Made by a program: the position numbers and the translations under genes. Under the pieces are notes generated by a model that saw only the letters and a list, made by a program, of their open reading frames with translations, was not told where the DNA came from and ran no database searches. Shown one piece after another: positions 1-10,338 of a stretch of DNA of 64,000 nucleotides. Positions within the stretch are counted from its first letter, which is position 1; every line of letters starts with the position of its first letter. Source of the DNA: Spirochaetota bacterium (GTDB lineage Bacteria > Spirochaetota > UBA4802 > JAGODF01); assembly GCA_035380905.1 (NCBI GenBank), contig DAOSYC010000001.1:30207-94206 (forward strand). The letters are read 5' to 3'.

Positions 1-1063
1 CCCACCGCATTGTGCCGTCCTTACGGAAAATGCGATGTTCTATTGAGACCGTTGTTTTATTTTTGAAAATATGGTTGATAAAACTGGTCACATGGTCTTT
101 ATCTTTGTCATGAATCATTGAAAACCACAGCTCACGGTCAGTTCCCAGTTCCTCCTCTGTATAGCCTGTTACTTCCAGACATTTCGGACTGTGATATGTC
201 GATACCGCAATGCCATTCTCATAGGTTGCGCTGTAAATATATTCATTGATATTCTGGACTACTGTTCTGAACCGCTCTTCACTCTGACGTAATGCTTCCT
301 CCTCCTGCTTTTTTTGGGTTATATCACGGCTGATTGCAACGTAATGCGATATAATACCTTCAGTGTTTTTTATGGGCGATATTGAAGTACTTTCCCAGTA
401 CAGGTCACCGTTCTGCTTTCTGTTTTGGAATTCTCCGCTCCACTCTTTTTTCATCGCAATACATTCAGTCATTTTTTTGAACAATTCATTTTCAAAGCCA
501 TTACTGCAGTATTCATAAAGGCTTTCCGCTATAATATCATTCTTCCTGTATCCGGTTGTTTTCGTGAATTGCGAGTTAACATAATCGATTACACCTGACA
601 CGTCAATAATTACAATCGAAGCGGGAATCTGTTCTATTGTAAAAAGAAGTCTCCGTATCTGCTCCTTCTGCTTTTTTGTTTTTATTGCATACTGCACTAC
701 CCTGTCAACAATGCGGAATTCAAGTTCCATCCGGGTGATAATATCATCGGCACCTTCATCAATTACCTGTTTCACAGCGGAATCATTTCGACTTTCGGCA
801 AGTATCACAATTGGTATTTCCGGCATTGAATGGTGAAGAATACGATATACATCAACGAGAGATGCCGAGTGATCGCTCTGTGTTATAATTACTGTGTCAT
901 AATGATTTTCGGACAACTGATCAAGGGCATCAGGAAGATTATTGAAGTGAGTAAGTGAGTATTTTTTTTCAGGATATTTGTTGAAGACTTTTTCAAGGGC
1001 CTCAACGTCCTCATTCCCAGCATAAAGTGACATCACCGTTGTGGCACTCATAGCCTTTCGCAT
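1..1063 (-). CDS. Sensor/signalling protein, truncated by the window edge: receiver-like N-terminal domain followed by PAS domain(s)
   Basis: Reverse-strand reading frame, open from an ATG at 1061-1063 (plus an in-frame ATG at 1049-1051) to the window edge. It translates as MRKAMSATTVMSLYAGNEDVEALEKVF...DTVIITQSDHSASLVD...IPIVILAESRNDSAVKQVIDEGADDII, which has the CheY-like receiver fold pattern; the acidic pocket looks atypical (TQSD instead of DxD), so it may be a pseudo-receiver. This is followed by PAS-like segments (GYRKNDIIAESLYEY, NGDLYWESTSISPIKNTEGIISHYVAISRDITQKK) and a second PAS-like stretch near the window edge. It is absent from the ORF track only because its stop lies outside the window. 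Confidence 0.6.
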   Translation of the reverse strand, partial: MRKAMSATTVMSLYAGNEDVEALEKVFNKYPEKKYSLTHFNNLPDALDQLSENHYDTVIITQSDHSASLVDVYRILHHSMPEIPIVILAESRNDSAVKQVIDEGADDIITRMELEFRIVDRVVQYAIKTKKQKEQIRRLLFTIEQIPASIVIIDVSGVIDYVNSQFTKTTGYRKNDIIAESLYEYCSNGFENELFKKMTECIAMKKEWSGEFQNRKQNGDLYWESTSISPIKNTEGIISHYVAISRDITQKKQEEEALRQSEERFRTVVQNINEYIYSATYENGIAVSTYHSPKCLEVTGYTEEELGTDRELWFSMIHDKDKDHVTSFINHIFKNKTTVSIEHRIFRKDGTMRW

Positions 1064-1295
1064 CTCCTGAAAATATTATTGGAAGAGCATTGTGTATTAT
1101 TTTAATCTAACAACAATATATATGTGCCGTTACAGAAAGTCAACCCTGTACATCAATGTATTAATGAACAGATTTGCCGGGCTTTGCATCATGATTACAA
1201 TAAAATTACATTGACTTTTCTTTTTGTCATTTATGTCAATGTGAGTACTGTATTTCATTTACGAACATACAAGGAATACCACCATAAGGCTTTAT

Positions 1296-3200
1296 ATGAA
1301 AAAAATACTTTTTATTCAACTCCCACTCCCTGACCACAGCTTTTCATATATACATGGAAATGTTGAATATGCCCCCGGTGCAATTGCATCATTTCTGCGT
1401 TCGGGTAACATGACCGGCAGTGCTGCAGAAACTGAATATCTCCCCTCAGTGATATCGAACTTTGGTTCAAATAATACGATCATTTCATATATAAAAAATA
1501 TAAAGCCTGATATTATTGCATTTACATCATATCTCTGGAATATAGAACGCAATCTCATCATTGCCAAAAGGATAAAGGAAATACACCCTGAAACACAAAT
1601 AATCATCGGAGGGCCGGAAATTCACCGAACATCATGGGCCCTTTCCTCTCCTCATGAATATGTTGATCACTTTGTCATGGGTGAAGGAGAATGGTTTTTC
1701 CCTGCGTACCTTCGTGGTTCAGGCTTTGATGAAGCACAAATACTTCTAAACGGCAACAGCTACATACAGCAGCCTGAAACCGAACTGGTGTCTCCCAGCT
1801 GTATCGCAGAACCCTTTACAATGAATATGCTCAATACGATGGCTGACGGCAGTATATTTGTCGAACTCACCCGGGGATGCCCCTACCGGTGCAGTTACTG
1901 CTTCTATTCAAAAAATGCCTCCAGAGTACGGGAAATGCCTTTTGACATTCTCCTTCAAGCAATTTCCATGAGTGACCGGCGTACTATTTCTGAAATATAC
2001 ATTCTCTCACCAACCTTCGACAGGTCCCCTGACTTTATTGATAACCTCAAAAAGCTCGCTGACCTGAACCATGGAATTCGTCTCCACACCGAAGTCCGTG
2101 CGGAACATATTGATGCCACGACTGCATCACTTATGAAACAAGCCGGATTCACCAGCCTTGAAATAGGACTTCAGACACTTACGCCGGGGGCCCTCACCGC
2201 AGTGAGGCGAAACTCTAATCCAGAGAAAGAACTTGCGGGAATTAAGGCATTGCAGAATGCCGGCATTGATTTGAAAATCGGCATAATACCGGGACTTCCC
2301 GGTGACTCACCGGAACAATTCATTCAAACAGTTGACCGTCTTGTGGCGGAAGGCCTCGGGGAGTGCATTGAATTTTATCCACTGATGGTGCTTCCGGGTA
2401 CCAGGATACGGGAACAGGCCGAGAAAGAAGGTGCCGTGTTTCAGGGACTCCCCCCCTACTATCTCATTGACGGGTGGGGTTTTGACTACGACACCCTCTG
2501 CGGCATATCCGCCTATGTTGATGACCGTTCTGGAGCAGCATCATCTTTCAATTCACTTCCGGATTTTACATGTATCTCTTCCGGAGTGTTTACAGGGAGC
2601 ATTATGTTTGATGGCGATGTGTATGAAAACTGGAACGGCACGCGATATGCTGACTCGGTTGATACAAATGTATTTACTTTTTTTATTTCTCTCAGAAACC
2701 CCGCTGCCATGAACGCAGGTCTTCCATTACTCTTTGAAAAACTCCCTGAAACTGATCAGCTCTACAACATTGTTTTTTACTCTAATCAATTATTGTCTGA
2801 AAATCCCCTGCATACATTTACTGGATTGTACCAGAAAGACTCTCTTCACAGCAGAATACATATCTTCGAGGACTGGAACTCCAGCCTTCATCATCGATGG
2901 TTTCAGGTATTCGATACTGTTGAACTATACTGGAAAGCGCTTGATACATATACACTGATAACACCTGTTCTCCGTATCAACGAAGAAAACCGCAGCAGGA
3001 TAGAACAGGGACATTCTGTTCCGGAAAAAATACTTGTGGGAAAAGAAATGTTCAGTTCAGCCGCAAATTTTCTAATTGAAGAATATGGTGATGCGCTTGA
3101 AGATATCGCATTCGAGTTACAAGAGGAACAGAGGGCTTTTTTTACTGAGACCGGAAATGATTATATTGAACCTGCAGAATTCCGTGTAATACAGGCATGA
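1296..3200 (+). CDS. B12-binding (class B) radical SAM protein
   Basis: N-terminal cobalamin-binding-like Rossmann segment (ILFIQLPLPDHS...IIAFTSYLWN...IIIGGPE). Radical SAM CxxxCxxC motif in ELTRGCPYRCSYCFY. TIM-barrel-like remainder. Confidence 0.8.
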   Translation: MKKILFIQLPLPDHSFSYIHGNVEYAPGAIASFLRSGNMTGSAAETEYLPSVISNFGSNNTIISYIKNIKPDIIAFTSYLWNIERNLIIAKRIKEIHPETQIIIGGPEIHRTSWALSSPHEYVDHFVMGEGEWFFPAYLRGSGFDEAQILLNGNSYIQQPETELVSPSCIAEPFTMNMLNTMADGSIFVELTRGCPYRCSYCFYSKNASRVREMPFDILLQAISMSDRRTISEIYILSPTFDRSPDFIDNLKKLADLNHGIRLHTEVRAEHIDATTASLMKQAGFTSLEIGLQTLTPGALTAVRRNSNPEKELAGIKALQNAGIDLKIGIIPGLPGDSPEQFIQTVDRLVAEGLGECIEFYPLMVLPGTRIREQAEKEGAVFQGLPPYYLIDGWGFDYDTLCGISAYVDDRSGAASSFNSLPDFTCISSGVFTGSIMFDGDVYENWNGTRYADSVDTNVFTFFISLRNPAAMNAGLPLLFEKLPETDQLYNIVFYSNQLLSENPLHTFTGLYQKDSLHSRIHIFEDWNSSLHHRWFQVFDTVELYWKALDTYTLITPVLRINEENRSRIEQGHSVPEKILVGKEMFSSAANFLIEEYGDALEDIAFELQEEQRAFFTETGNDYIEPAEFRVIQA

Positions 3201-3215
3201 ATCAGGAAACTTCTT

Positions 3216-5372
3216 TTACGTAGAACCATCACGGTTCGCCATATTTTCAAGAAACCGGCCGGATGCGAAGGAAATTCCGAGATCTTTAACAACGTGAAAC
3301 TCTTCCTCGGATAAAATATTATCAGCCATAACAGATGTTCCGAGTTGATCCGCAAATATTTTCACTCCGTTCACAATCTTAATTCTTTCCCTGAACAGAT
3401 GAATATTCCGCATGCAGTGTTCTGAAAAACTCAGCAGCCGAAGATCAGCCATTGAGATAATATTCAGGATATCATTCCCGATAAAACAGTTGCTTAAACC
3501 AAGTGAAATGTTCCCCGGCAACGTGCCGCTTTGACCGCATACAGCATGAACTGCGTGGTCGCACCATTTTTCATTTATCATGATAACAAGTTCCCTGTCG
3601 GGGAAAAACCTTGCCCCATGATCAATACATACTTCAAACGGAACATTCCGGATCATCGGCAGCAATACGGGAATATCACTGTTTCCGCTGCATATTTCTG
3701 CCATGCATTCGAGAAACCGCTGCAGGGACTTTTCATCCTTCACCGTCTCATGGACAGCTATATCAAGAATGGAAGACTCATATGTTCCATCCTGTATGCT
3801 GACAAACTGAAAGGCCTTTTCCAGTGTTTTTAGATCATAGCAGAAATGCCGTGAAAACACTTTTTTGATATCACTGTTGTTTCCTGTCAGGACAGAACGG
3901 CATATATCCAACGCATCAACTGCATCAGATATCATAGATCTGCACTGCAGAGATTCCTCTCTTATTCTTTTTAATTCAGAGATAAGGTCCCTGGGTGATT
4001 CTTTTTCATAGTATACTACATCACTGGAAAAGCGAATATTGTAATAATTACCTGACATTGAAATTTCAATTTCCCCGGCAATTTCTTTACAAAGTTCATG
4101 AAACTTATCCACATTAAATGAAAAATCAACGAAACTCGGGAATAGTATAAAAAAGTCATATTCATAGAGATCTGCGAGGCATAAATACGTATCTGAAGGG
4201 AAGTGGTTCTCACAGGATGCCATAATGATTCTTGAAATATTTTCCATATCATAATGGTAATTCTTTATTCCCCGCACAGTGCTGATATTTTTTTTCGATG
4301 ACAATGAAATGCTCATTGTCCCTATACTTTTTATTTCAAAATCAAGGTTTGTGATTTCTTCAAGAACAGCAGGAAGATAGCCGGCCCCTGTTACCAGGTC
4401 ATGGCCGTTCGCATCAATATACACTTCTTTTCGTGTCTTCAGGTATTCCCAGAACCTGTCATTCCTCGCCATGACGGAACTGTACACCAGTGTCCGGTCC
4501 CTTCCCTCCTCCTTTGCAGCATAGAGTGCATGATCCGCCCTTGAAAGAAGGTGCGATAAATTATTACCCATTACCGGGTATTCCGCGATTCCGGCGCTGA
4601 AGGAAACCCGGAAAAGTTCCCTGTTCCCTGTTTTAAAATCAATCCCCTTCAGTTCATCACGTATTGTATCAATTTTTATTCTTGCCTCCGCAGCAGAAAG
4701 CCCGGGGAAAAGCATTACAAATTCTTCACCCCCGAAACGTGCCGGGAAAAAACGTTCCGTGCTGTGCCGTTTTAAAACATCCCCGAGAGTCATGAGAACA
4801 TTATCACCCATCTGGTGGCCATACTGATCATTCACCCGTTTGAAATGATCAATGTCTATTAGAGCCAGTGAGATAATACCTTTTTCTGATTCATAAATTT
4901 CATTATTAAACCGTTTCAGGAATTCCCGCCTGTTATACAGACGGGTGAGCTCGTCTGTCACTGAAAGGTGATAAAATTCATTGAGTTGTTTCAGCTTTGA
5001 TTGCGTAAGGGCTTTCAGTTCCTCGGGAACCACCGGTTTCACCAGGTACGCATCCGCACCGCCCTGATACGCTTCAATCCTGTCAAAGGTATCATGTGAT
5101 TCAGAAAGAAAGATGAACGGGATAAGCCTGGTTTTTATCCCGGTCCTTATTTTTCTCAACAGGTCCAGACCGTCAATCTCAGGCAGCTCAAGGTCGGAAA
5201 TAATTAAATTCGGCAGCTTGTAGGTAATATTACTGAGGGCCTCAACCACACTTTTTGCTGTTATATAATTATATTCACTCCCTGACAGGACATTAATAAT
5301 ATGATTAATATCCTGTTCATCCGGCGTAACGATAAGAACTGTATTTGAGAAGGAATCTTTCATCATTTCCAA
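3216..5372 (-). CDS. Response regulator: REC receiver + GGDEF diguanylate cyclase, with about 430 aa of uncharacterised C-terminal extension
   Basis: Receiver motifs (VLIVTPDE..., LIISDLELPEIDGLDLL, ADAYLVKP). GGDEF domain with an intact GGEEF active site (RFGGEEFVMLFP) and the upstream DIDHFKRVNDQYGHQMGD segment. The long C-terminal region has no motif I can name. Confidence 0.85.
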   Translation of the reverse strand: MEMMKDSFSNTVLIVTPDEQDINHIINVLSGSEYNYITAKSVVEALSNITYKLPNLIISDLELPEIDGLDLLRKIRTGIKTRLIPFIFLSESHDTFDRIEAYQGGADAYLVKPVVPEELKALTQSKLKQLNEFYHLSVTDELTRLYNRREFLKRFNNEIYESEKGIISLALIDIDHFKRVNDQYGHQMGDNVLMTLGDVLKRHSTERFFPARFGGEEFVMLFPGLSAAEARIKIDTIRDELKGIDFKTGNRELFRVSFSAGIAEYPVMGNNLSHLLSRADHALYAAKEEGRDRTLVYSSVMARNDRFWEYLKTRKEVYIDANGHDLVTGAGYLPAVLEEITNLDFEIKSIGTMSISLSSKKNISTVRGIKNYHYDMENISRIIMASCENHFPSDTYLCLADLYEYDFFILFPSFVDFSFNVDKFHELCKEIAGEIEISMSGNYYNIRFSSDVVYYEKESPRDLISELKRIREESLQCRSMISDAVDALDICRSVLTGNNSDIKKVFSRHFCYDLKTLEKAFQFVSIQDGTYESSILDIAVHETVKDEKSLQRFLECMAEICSGNSDIPVLLPMIRNVPFEVCIDHGARFFPDRELVIMINEKWCDHAVHAVCGQSGTLPGNISLGLSNCFIGNDILNIISMADLRLLSFSEHCMRNIHLFRERIKIVNGVKIFADQLGTSVMADNILSEEEFHVVKDLGISFASGRFLENMANRDGST

Positions 5373-6220
5373 ATGACATTGATTTCATTATTCAATTCAT
5401 CGAGGGCACGGACAGCTGCGTCATCAAAACGCATGTCAGTATATTTTTTATAAGCAAAATTAATGGCGCTGGAGGAATTGATTCTGTGAATCCCCGGGTC
5501 CCCGAATCGTTTCAGAATTGTCACCACATCTTCGACACTGCCCCCCTGTTTCCCCACTCCGGGGATCAGCAGCGGCACCTCTTTGCCGGATTCACTGAAA
5601 ATCCCGGAGATTTTTTCAAGTTCTTCGGGGTACGTTGCACCAACCACAGCACCCATACCTCCACGGTACCATTCAATAATTTTCTTTGAAACATGTAGAA
5701 ACAGGGGCATTTCACCGCAGGTAACATCCTGTATTTCCCCTGAACTTTTATTGGATGTTTTATTGAGGATATAATATCCTTTATCGGGATATCCTTCCGT
5801 GTAGGGGGCAATGGAATCATATCCAAGATACGGAGACAGGGTAACGGCATCTGCGTCAAAAAAATCAAATGCCTCCCGTGCATAGGCCTCCGCAGTCTTT
5901 CCGATATCGCCCCGCTTCACATCAAGAATAACCGGGAACCCTTCTTTTTTATAGAGGGATATTACATTGCAGAGGGCTTCGATACCCTCGAGACCATACT
6001 GCGCGTAAAATGCGTAATTTGGTTTCACTGCGGATGGATATATCTTTTTCTGCAGTATTTTGTCGAGAATCGCTTCATAAAATGCTTCAATGATTTTACC
6101 CGGAGTCCCAAGATCAAGGGGGATGTCCTCCAGAACCGGATCAAGACCGAGACATACGATGCTGTTAAATTTTTCTGATGATGATTTTAAAAATTCGAGA
6201 TAGTCCATTTGTATTGCCAT
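5363..6220 (-). CDS. pyrF: Orotidine 5'-phosphate decarboxylase (long, type-2 form)
   Basis: Length 285 aa. Has the LGLDP and ILDVKRGDIGKTAEAY segments (OMP decarboxylase lysine/aspartate signature) and C-terminal GVGKQGG. Confidence 0.85.
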   Translation of the reverse strand: MAIQMDYLEFLKSSSEKFNSIVCLGLDPVLEDIPLDLGTPGKIIEAFYEAILDKILQKKIYPSAVKPNYAFYAQYGLEGIEALCNVISLYKKEGFPVILDVKRGDIGKTAEAYAREAFDFFDADAVTLSPYLGYDSIAPYTEGYPDKGYYILNKTSNKSSGEIQDVTCGEMPLFLHVSKKIIEWYRGGMGAVVGATYPEELEKISGIFSESGKEVPLLIPGVGKQGGSVEDVVTILKRFGDPGIHRINSSSAINFAYKKYTDMRFDDAAVRALDELNNEINVIWK

Positions 6221-6230
6221 AATCCTTTTA

Positions 6231-6767
6231 TTATTGTTTTAAAGATGAAAGAAATGAAGTATATAGTTCAACACTCTCTTTGTCGAAAAGAACAAAATAC
6301 ACATCAATAGTAAAATTTTCATTCTTCATATAATCCAGCACTGTGGTGACCGCAACTTCACAGGCCTCCCCTTTCGGGTATCCGTATATTCCGGTTGAAA
6401 TTGCGGGGAATGAAATTGATGTAAGTGAGTTATCCTTTGCAAGGGACATCGAGTTATAATAGGAATTCCGGAGAATCTCCCGTTCCCCTTTATGACCCCC
6501 TTTATATACAGGTCCCGGTGTGTGGATGACATGCCGCGCTTTTAGATTGTGACCTGCGGTTATTCTGGCCTCGCCATGTAAACATCCTCCCAGCGTCCGG
6601 CACTCCTGCAGCAGTCCCGGGCCTGCAGCGCGGTGAATAGCGCCGTCAACACCGCCGCCCCCGAGAAGACTCGGATTTGCGGCATTGACAATAGCATCAA
6701 CATCCTCACTGGTGATGTCTCCCTGCTTTATTACTATCCGGTCAATCAACGCTGCTGGATATTTCAT
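6231..6767 (-). CDS. Macro-domain protein (O-acetyl-ADP-ribose deacetylase / ADP-ribose binding, YmdB-like)
   Basis: IVIKQGDITSEDVDAIVNAANPSLLGGGGVDGAIHRAAG...ISFPAISTGIYGYP carries the canonical macro-domain motifs. Confidence 0.85.
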   Translation of the reverse strand: MKYPAALIDRIVIKQGDITSEDVDAIVNAANPSLLGGGGVDGAIHRAAGPGLLQECRTLGGCLHGEARITAGHNLKARHVIHTPGPVYKGGHKGEREILRNSYYNSMSLAKDNSLTSISFPAISTGIYGYPKGEACEVAVTTVLDYMKNENFTIDVYFVLFDKESVELYTSFLSSLKQ

Positions 6768-6946
6768 TGGTATTTCTCCAGAAAATATTCACACCACATT
6801 GTAACTACTTTGCGTCCGGTTACAGCTGCCGTATTTATCATACTCAATAATTATCCACTGAACCGGATGATGATAACATGATACAGAAAGATGATAAAAG
6901 CAACTTATTTTTATATATACGAAAATGCTGCATCATAGTATTACAG

Positions 6947-6985
6947 CACAAGGCCCGGAACAATTTTATTATTCCGGGCCTTGTG
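6947..6985. repeat. Perfect 14-bp-stem GC-rich hairpin (cacaaggcccggaa ... ttccgggccttgtg) downstream of the PEPCK gene, with no U tract on either strand
   Basis: Inverted repeat read directly from the sequence. It lies about 75 nt past the pckG stop on the reverse strand. It could be a U-tract-independent terminator or a REP-like element. Confidence 0.4.
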
Positions 6986-7058
6986 TGTGTACTTTAGTAT
7001 ATAACAATCAATACGGTGCAGCATTAAAAAATATTTCTATATCGTACAGCAATCCTGA

Positions 7059-8921
7059 TTATTCGAAATCCGCCGGAGGAATAACATCCTTCCCTGTTTT
7101 TTTCTGCGCATCAAGAAGCCGCTGACGGAGGCGGTTCAGGTTGTCAAAAAACTCCTGCGGAACCTCATCCTCCTCCTTGTATATTTTTTCTATCCTTTCA
7201 AGCTTTTCAAGGAAACTCTTCACGCGGATAGAGAACTGAGTGGTATACTCCGCCATGGTATACTCGCGGTCAAATATATCCTTAAAAAGATCTTTAATGT
7301 CACTGTATTTCGGGATTAACCCGATTGGCGTCTCAATAGCATCATACTCGTTGTGGATACGCCCTTCCATCCACATGACCCATACTTTCTTGTCCACTTT
7401 TTCGTTCAGAAACTTTCCGTTTTCTTTGAGAAAGTAATTCGTTGAAAACACAAGGGGAGTCTTTTTCAGCTTCCTTCCAAACTCAAGGTGGTTCTTAATA
7501 TATCGTCCCAGGGGCACCACAAGAAAGTCAAGATTCGCCATGGGGCTGAAATTCCTCACGCCGCTTTTCCCGATGGTCGCGGCAGTTGTTTCAGACTCCA
7601 GACTTGCGCCGATAAACACCCCATGCCCCCAGTCCAGACTCTGGAACACCGGTACGGAGGTATCGGAATCACGGCCGCCGTAAATGACGCCGCTGAACTG
7701 CACGCCGTCGGGGTCGTCCAGTTTCGGATCAACATTTTCAAGCTCACTGAGGCGGATGGTATACCGTGCGTTTTTATGTGCAGGCAGTATCTCCTTGCCG
7801 TCCTTGTCAGTATTTCCTTTTTTCCATTCACCGGAAAAGTTATACCCCTCATCGGGAATATCACTCCCCATTCCGAGCCAGTAGGGTTTACCGTCATTAA
7901 TAAGGATATTGGAAAAAATCAGCTCCCGCGGTGACGCGAGGACATCAAAGATAAGGGGATCGTCCACAGGGTTTACATCTTCAATGATGCCGAAAATGCC
8001 CTGTTCAATATTGACCGCATAGGCCATCCCGTCATCTCCCATACGCAGGTAGGCAATATCGTCCCCCACAATTGTCTGTCCGGGAATCATTGCCGTGGAG
8101 GTCTTGCCGCATGCGCTGGGGAAGGCGCCGGTAAAATACGTGATCCTGTTCTTGCCCTTCGGTTTGGCCCCCATGATAAACATATGTTCAGTAAGCCAGT
8201 CCTCTTTGTTCGCCTTGCTGATAGCGAGACGCAACGCAAGCTTCTTTAATCCAAGGCTGTTCCCTGCGTACTGATTGTTCATTGTGAATACACGGTTTTC
8301 TTTCAGGTCGATATACACCCTTCTCTTATCAACATTTTTGCTGTTGCCCCGTTCGTCAAGCTCACCAGCTGAATGGATGAAATAAAAGAAATCCTCTGAC
8401 CCTTTAAGGGTCTTGAAAAACTCATATCCCGTACGATAGAGAAGGTCTTCACTGTGCGCAACATAGGAGGAGTCCGTTATCTGCAGCGCGGCAATTGAGA
8501 ATTTCGAATGTAACGGGCCCAGGCAGAAAAACCGTACCAGGGCCTCCTTCCCTTTCATTACACCATCCATGATACCGTACACTTCTTCCAGAGCCTCTTC
8601 CCTCGGTTTGGTATTAATAACCTTGCTCATTTTCATATCAGGGGTTACCAGGACACTTGTGTTTGCCTTGTCCCTGGCCTGGTCAGAATATCCGTCATAA
8701 TGGACAGTATGCCCCTTCATTGACAATGCACGCTCCTCTCCGGTCTCAAGAGCCAGCTGACGGACATAATTAATATCATCTTTGCTGTCGGTAATGACCG
8801 TCACCTTTGACGGTTTGCAGAGCGTAACATACTCTTCAACTATTTTCATAACATGGGCATTATTGAGAGCCTCAAGTTTTTTAAGGTTCGCTTCATCCAG
8901 TACATTTCGATCAATGTTCAC
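7059..8921 (-). CDS. pckG: Phosphoenolpyruvate carboxykinase (GTP-dependent)
   Basis: Length 620 aa. Kinase-1a P-loop of GTP-PEPCK (FPSACGKTSTAM) and the conserved YNFSGEW / GVIYGGRDSD segments. Confidence 0.9.
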   Translation of the reverse strand: MNIDRNVLDEANLKKLEALNNAHVMKIVEEYVTLCKPSKVTVITDSKDDINYVRQLALETGEERALSMKGHTVHYDGYSDQARDKANTSVLVTPDMKMSKVINTKPREEALEEVYGIMDGVMKGKEALVRFFCLGPLHSKFSIAALQITDSSYVAHSEDLLYRTGYEFFKTLKGSEDFFYFIHSAGELDERGNSKNVDKRRVYIDLKENRVFTMNNQYAGNSLGLKKLALRLAISKANKEDWLTEHMFIMGAKPKGKNRITYFTGAFPSACGKTSTAMIPGQTIVGDDIAYLRMGDDGMAYAVNIEQGIFGIIEDVNPVDDPLIFDVLASPRELIFSNILINDGKPYWLGMGSDIPDEGYNFSGEWKKGNTDKDGKEILPAHKNARYTIRLSELENVDPKLDDPDGVQFSGVIYGGRDSDTSVPVFQSLDWGHGVFIGASLESETTAATIGKSGVRNFSPMANLDFLVVPLGRYIKNHLEFGRKLKKTPLVFSTNYFLKENGKFLNEKVDKKVWVMWMEGRIHNEYDAIETPIGLIPKYSDIKDLFKDIFDREYTMAEYTTQFSIRVKSFLEKLERIEKIYKEEDEVPQEFFDNLNRLRQRLLDAQKKTGKDVIPPADFE

Positions 8922-9175
8922 AGTGGTCCTCCCTTCATTTCAATATGTTTCATCAATAATTTAATTTTAAGAACTATGGCAATCTGATTTAAGACGTGAG
9001 CGGAAAAAGCCGGGAAATCCCTGACTTGTATCAGGCTGTACTATACAACAATACCGTCGGATATTCGTCAAATCAAAATTGGCTTTTAAAACAACCGGCA
9101 GGGTTTTGAATATTTTAGACATGTTTCAGGAGGGCAGCTGCGTATCCTCCTGTGCGGTTAAAATGAAAGATTTAT

Positions 9176-9334
9176 TTAGAAGTGTTTTCTCGGGCAGCTG
9201 AGAATATATATATCACCGTCATGATGGCTGAAGCCGACTCCTCTTCTCGACTTTTCTCCCCAGTACCGGCACACCACCGTATCACCGGCAAATCCTTTAA
9301 AATGATAGCAGCGTTTGCACTGATCCAGTTTCAT
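9176..9334 (-). CDS. Small (52 aa) Cys/His-containing hypothetical protein, not in the ORF track because it is under 60 aa
   Basis: Reverse-strand ORF: ATG at 9332-9334, preceded by GGAGGA with a 6-nt spacer, ending at TAA 9176-9178. Translates as MKLDQCKRCYHFKGFAGDTVVCRYWGEKSRRGVGFSHHDGDIYILSCPRKHF (CxxC plus two distal Cys and several His). It sits in the 520-bp gap between pckG and cysK. Confidence 0.25.
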   Translation of the reverse strand: MKLDQCKRCYHFKGFAGDTVVCRYWGEKSRRGVGFSHHDGDIYILSCPRKHF

Positions 9335-9441
9335 TGCAGTTCCTCCATGGCAGGTATATCATCTCTATCGACAAAATCAGGTATCCCCTTAATCGAAGGA
9401 TGTAGAAAAATTATACCTGCCGGAAAAACATTATCACAGAA

Positions 9442-10338
9442 TTAAAGAAGTGCTGTACTGAAATACCGTTCAGCGCGGTCAGGCAGTATTGTCACCACAC
9501 GGTTCCTGCCGTTATCCAGATGGAGCGCCGCAAACACATTCGCTCCTGAGGATGTCCCCACAAGAAGCCCTTCCTCTCTTGAAAGCCTGCGTGTCACCTC
9601 AATTGCCTCATCGTCGGAAACAGTCAGGACGCCGTCAACCATGCTCACGTCAAGGACATCAGGTATAAACCCGTCTCCTATTCCCTGGATCTGATGCAGT
9701 CCCGGCTCTCCGCCCAAAAGCGCAGCGCTGTTTTTCGGCTCAACAGCATATACTTTTACTGAAGGATTTTTCTCTTTCAGGAACTTTCCTATTCCCTGCA
9801 GGGTCCCTCCGCTTCCCACGCCGGCGACGAACACATCGATATCTCCGTTCATATCGTTCCATATTTCCGGCGCTGTCTGTGAGTAATGGATATGGGGGTT
9901 GTGGGGATTCACAAACTGGTTCGCGATAAAAAATTTTTCAGGATCGGAGGATGTAATGGACCGCAGCCTGTCAAGGCACCCGTTCAGGCTCTCCCCTGCG
10001 GGAGTCAGTTCAATATCACCCCCGAATGCGTGAATTATTTTTTTTCTCTCTTCACTCATATTTTCCGGCATAATACAGATGACCCGGTACCCCTTCTGCA
10101 CGCCCACAAGGGTAAGGCCGATACCGGTGTTTCCTGAAGTGGCTTCGATAATTGTCATCCCCGGCTTCAGGGTACCCTCTTCTTCCGCCTTCTCGATTAT
10201 ATTTACAGCAACCCGGTCCTTCACACTCCCGCCGGGATTGAGGAATTCAGCTTTCGCAAAAACCTTTCCGGACGACAGTTTTCCAAGTTTGATCATCGGG
10301 GTGTTCCCGACGCTTTCAAGAATTGATGATATCAGCAT
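9442..10338 (-). CDS. cysK: Cysteine synthase A (O-acetylserine sulfhydrylase, PLP-dependent)
   Basis: GNTPMIKL...KAEFLNPGGSVKDRVA...ATSGNTGIGLT...GVGSGGTLQG are the PALP-family signatures. Confidence 0.9.
   Translation of the reverse strand: MLISSILESVGNTPMIKLGKLSSGKVFAKAEFLNPGGSVKDRVAVNIIEKAEEEGTLKPGMTIIEATSGNTGIGLTLVGVQKGYRVICIMPENMSEERKKIIHAFGGDIELTPAGESLNGCLDRLRSITSSDPEKFFIANQFVNPHNPHIHYSQTAPEIWNDMNGDIDVFVAGVGSGGTLQGIGKFLKEKNPSVKVYAVEPKNSAALLGGEPGLHQIQGIGDGFIPDVLDVSMVDGVLTVSDDEAIEVTRRLSREEGLLVGTSSGANVFAALHLDNGRNRVVTILPDRAERYFSTALL

Noticed and set aside
3531-3833. Assorted 60-150 aa ORFs nested inside or antisense to confident genes (e.g. 3531-3833, 7488-7934, 20224-20556, 28503-29165, 42558-42998, 47317-47673)
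   Set aside because: They overlap much longer ORFs that have clear family signatures, and they show skewed, low-complexity composition. They are typical shadow ORFs.
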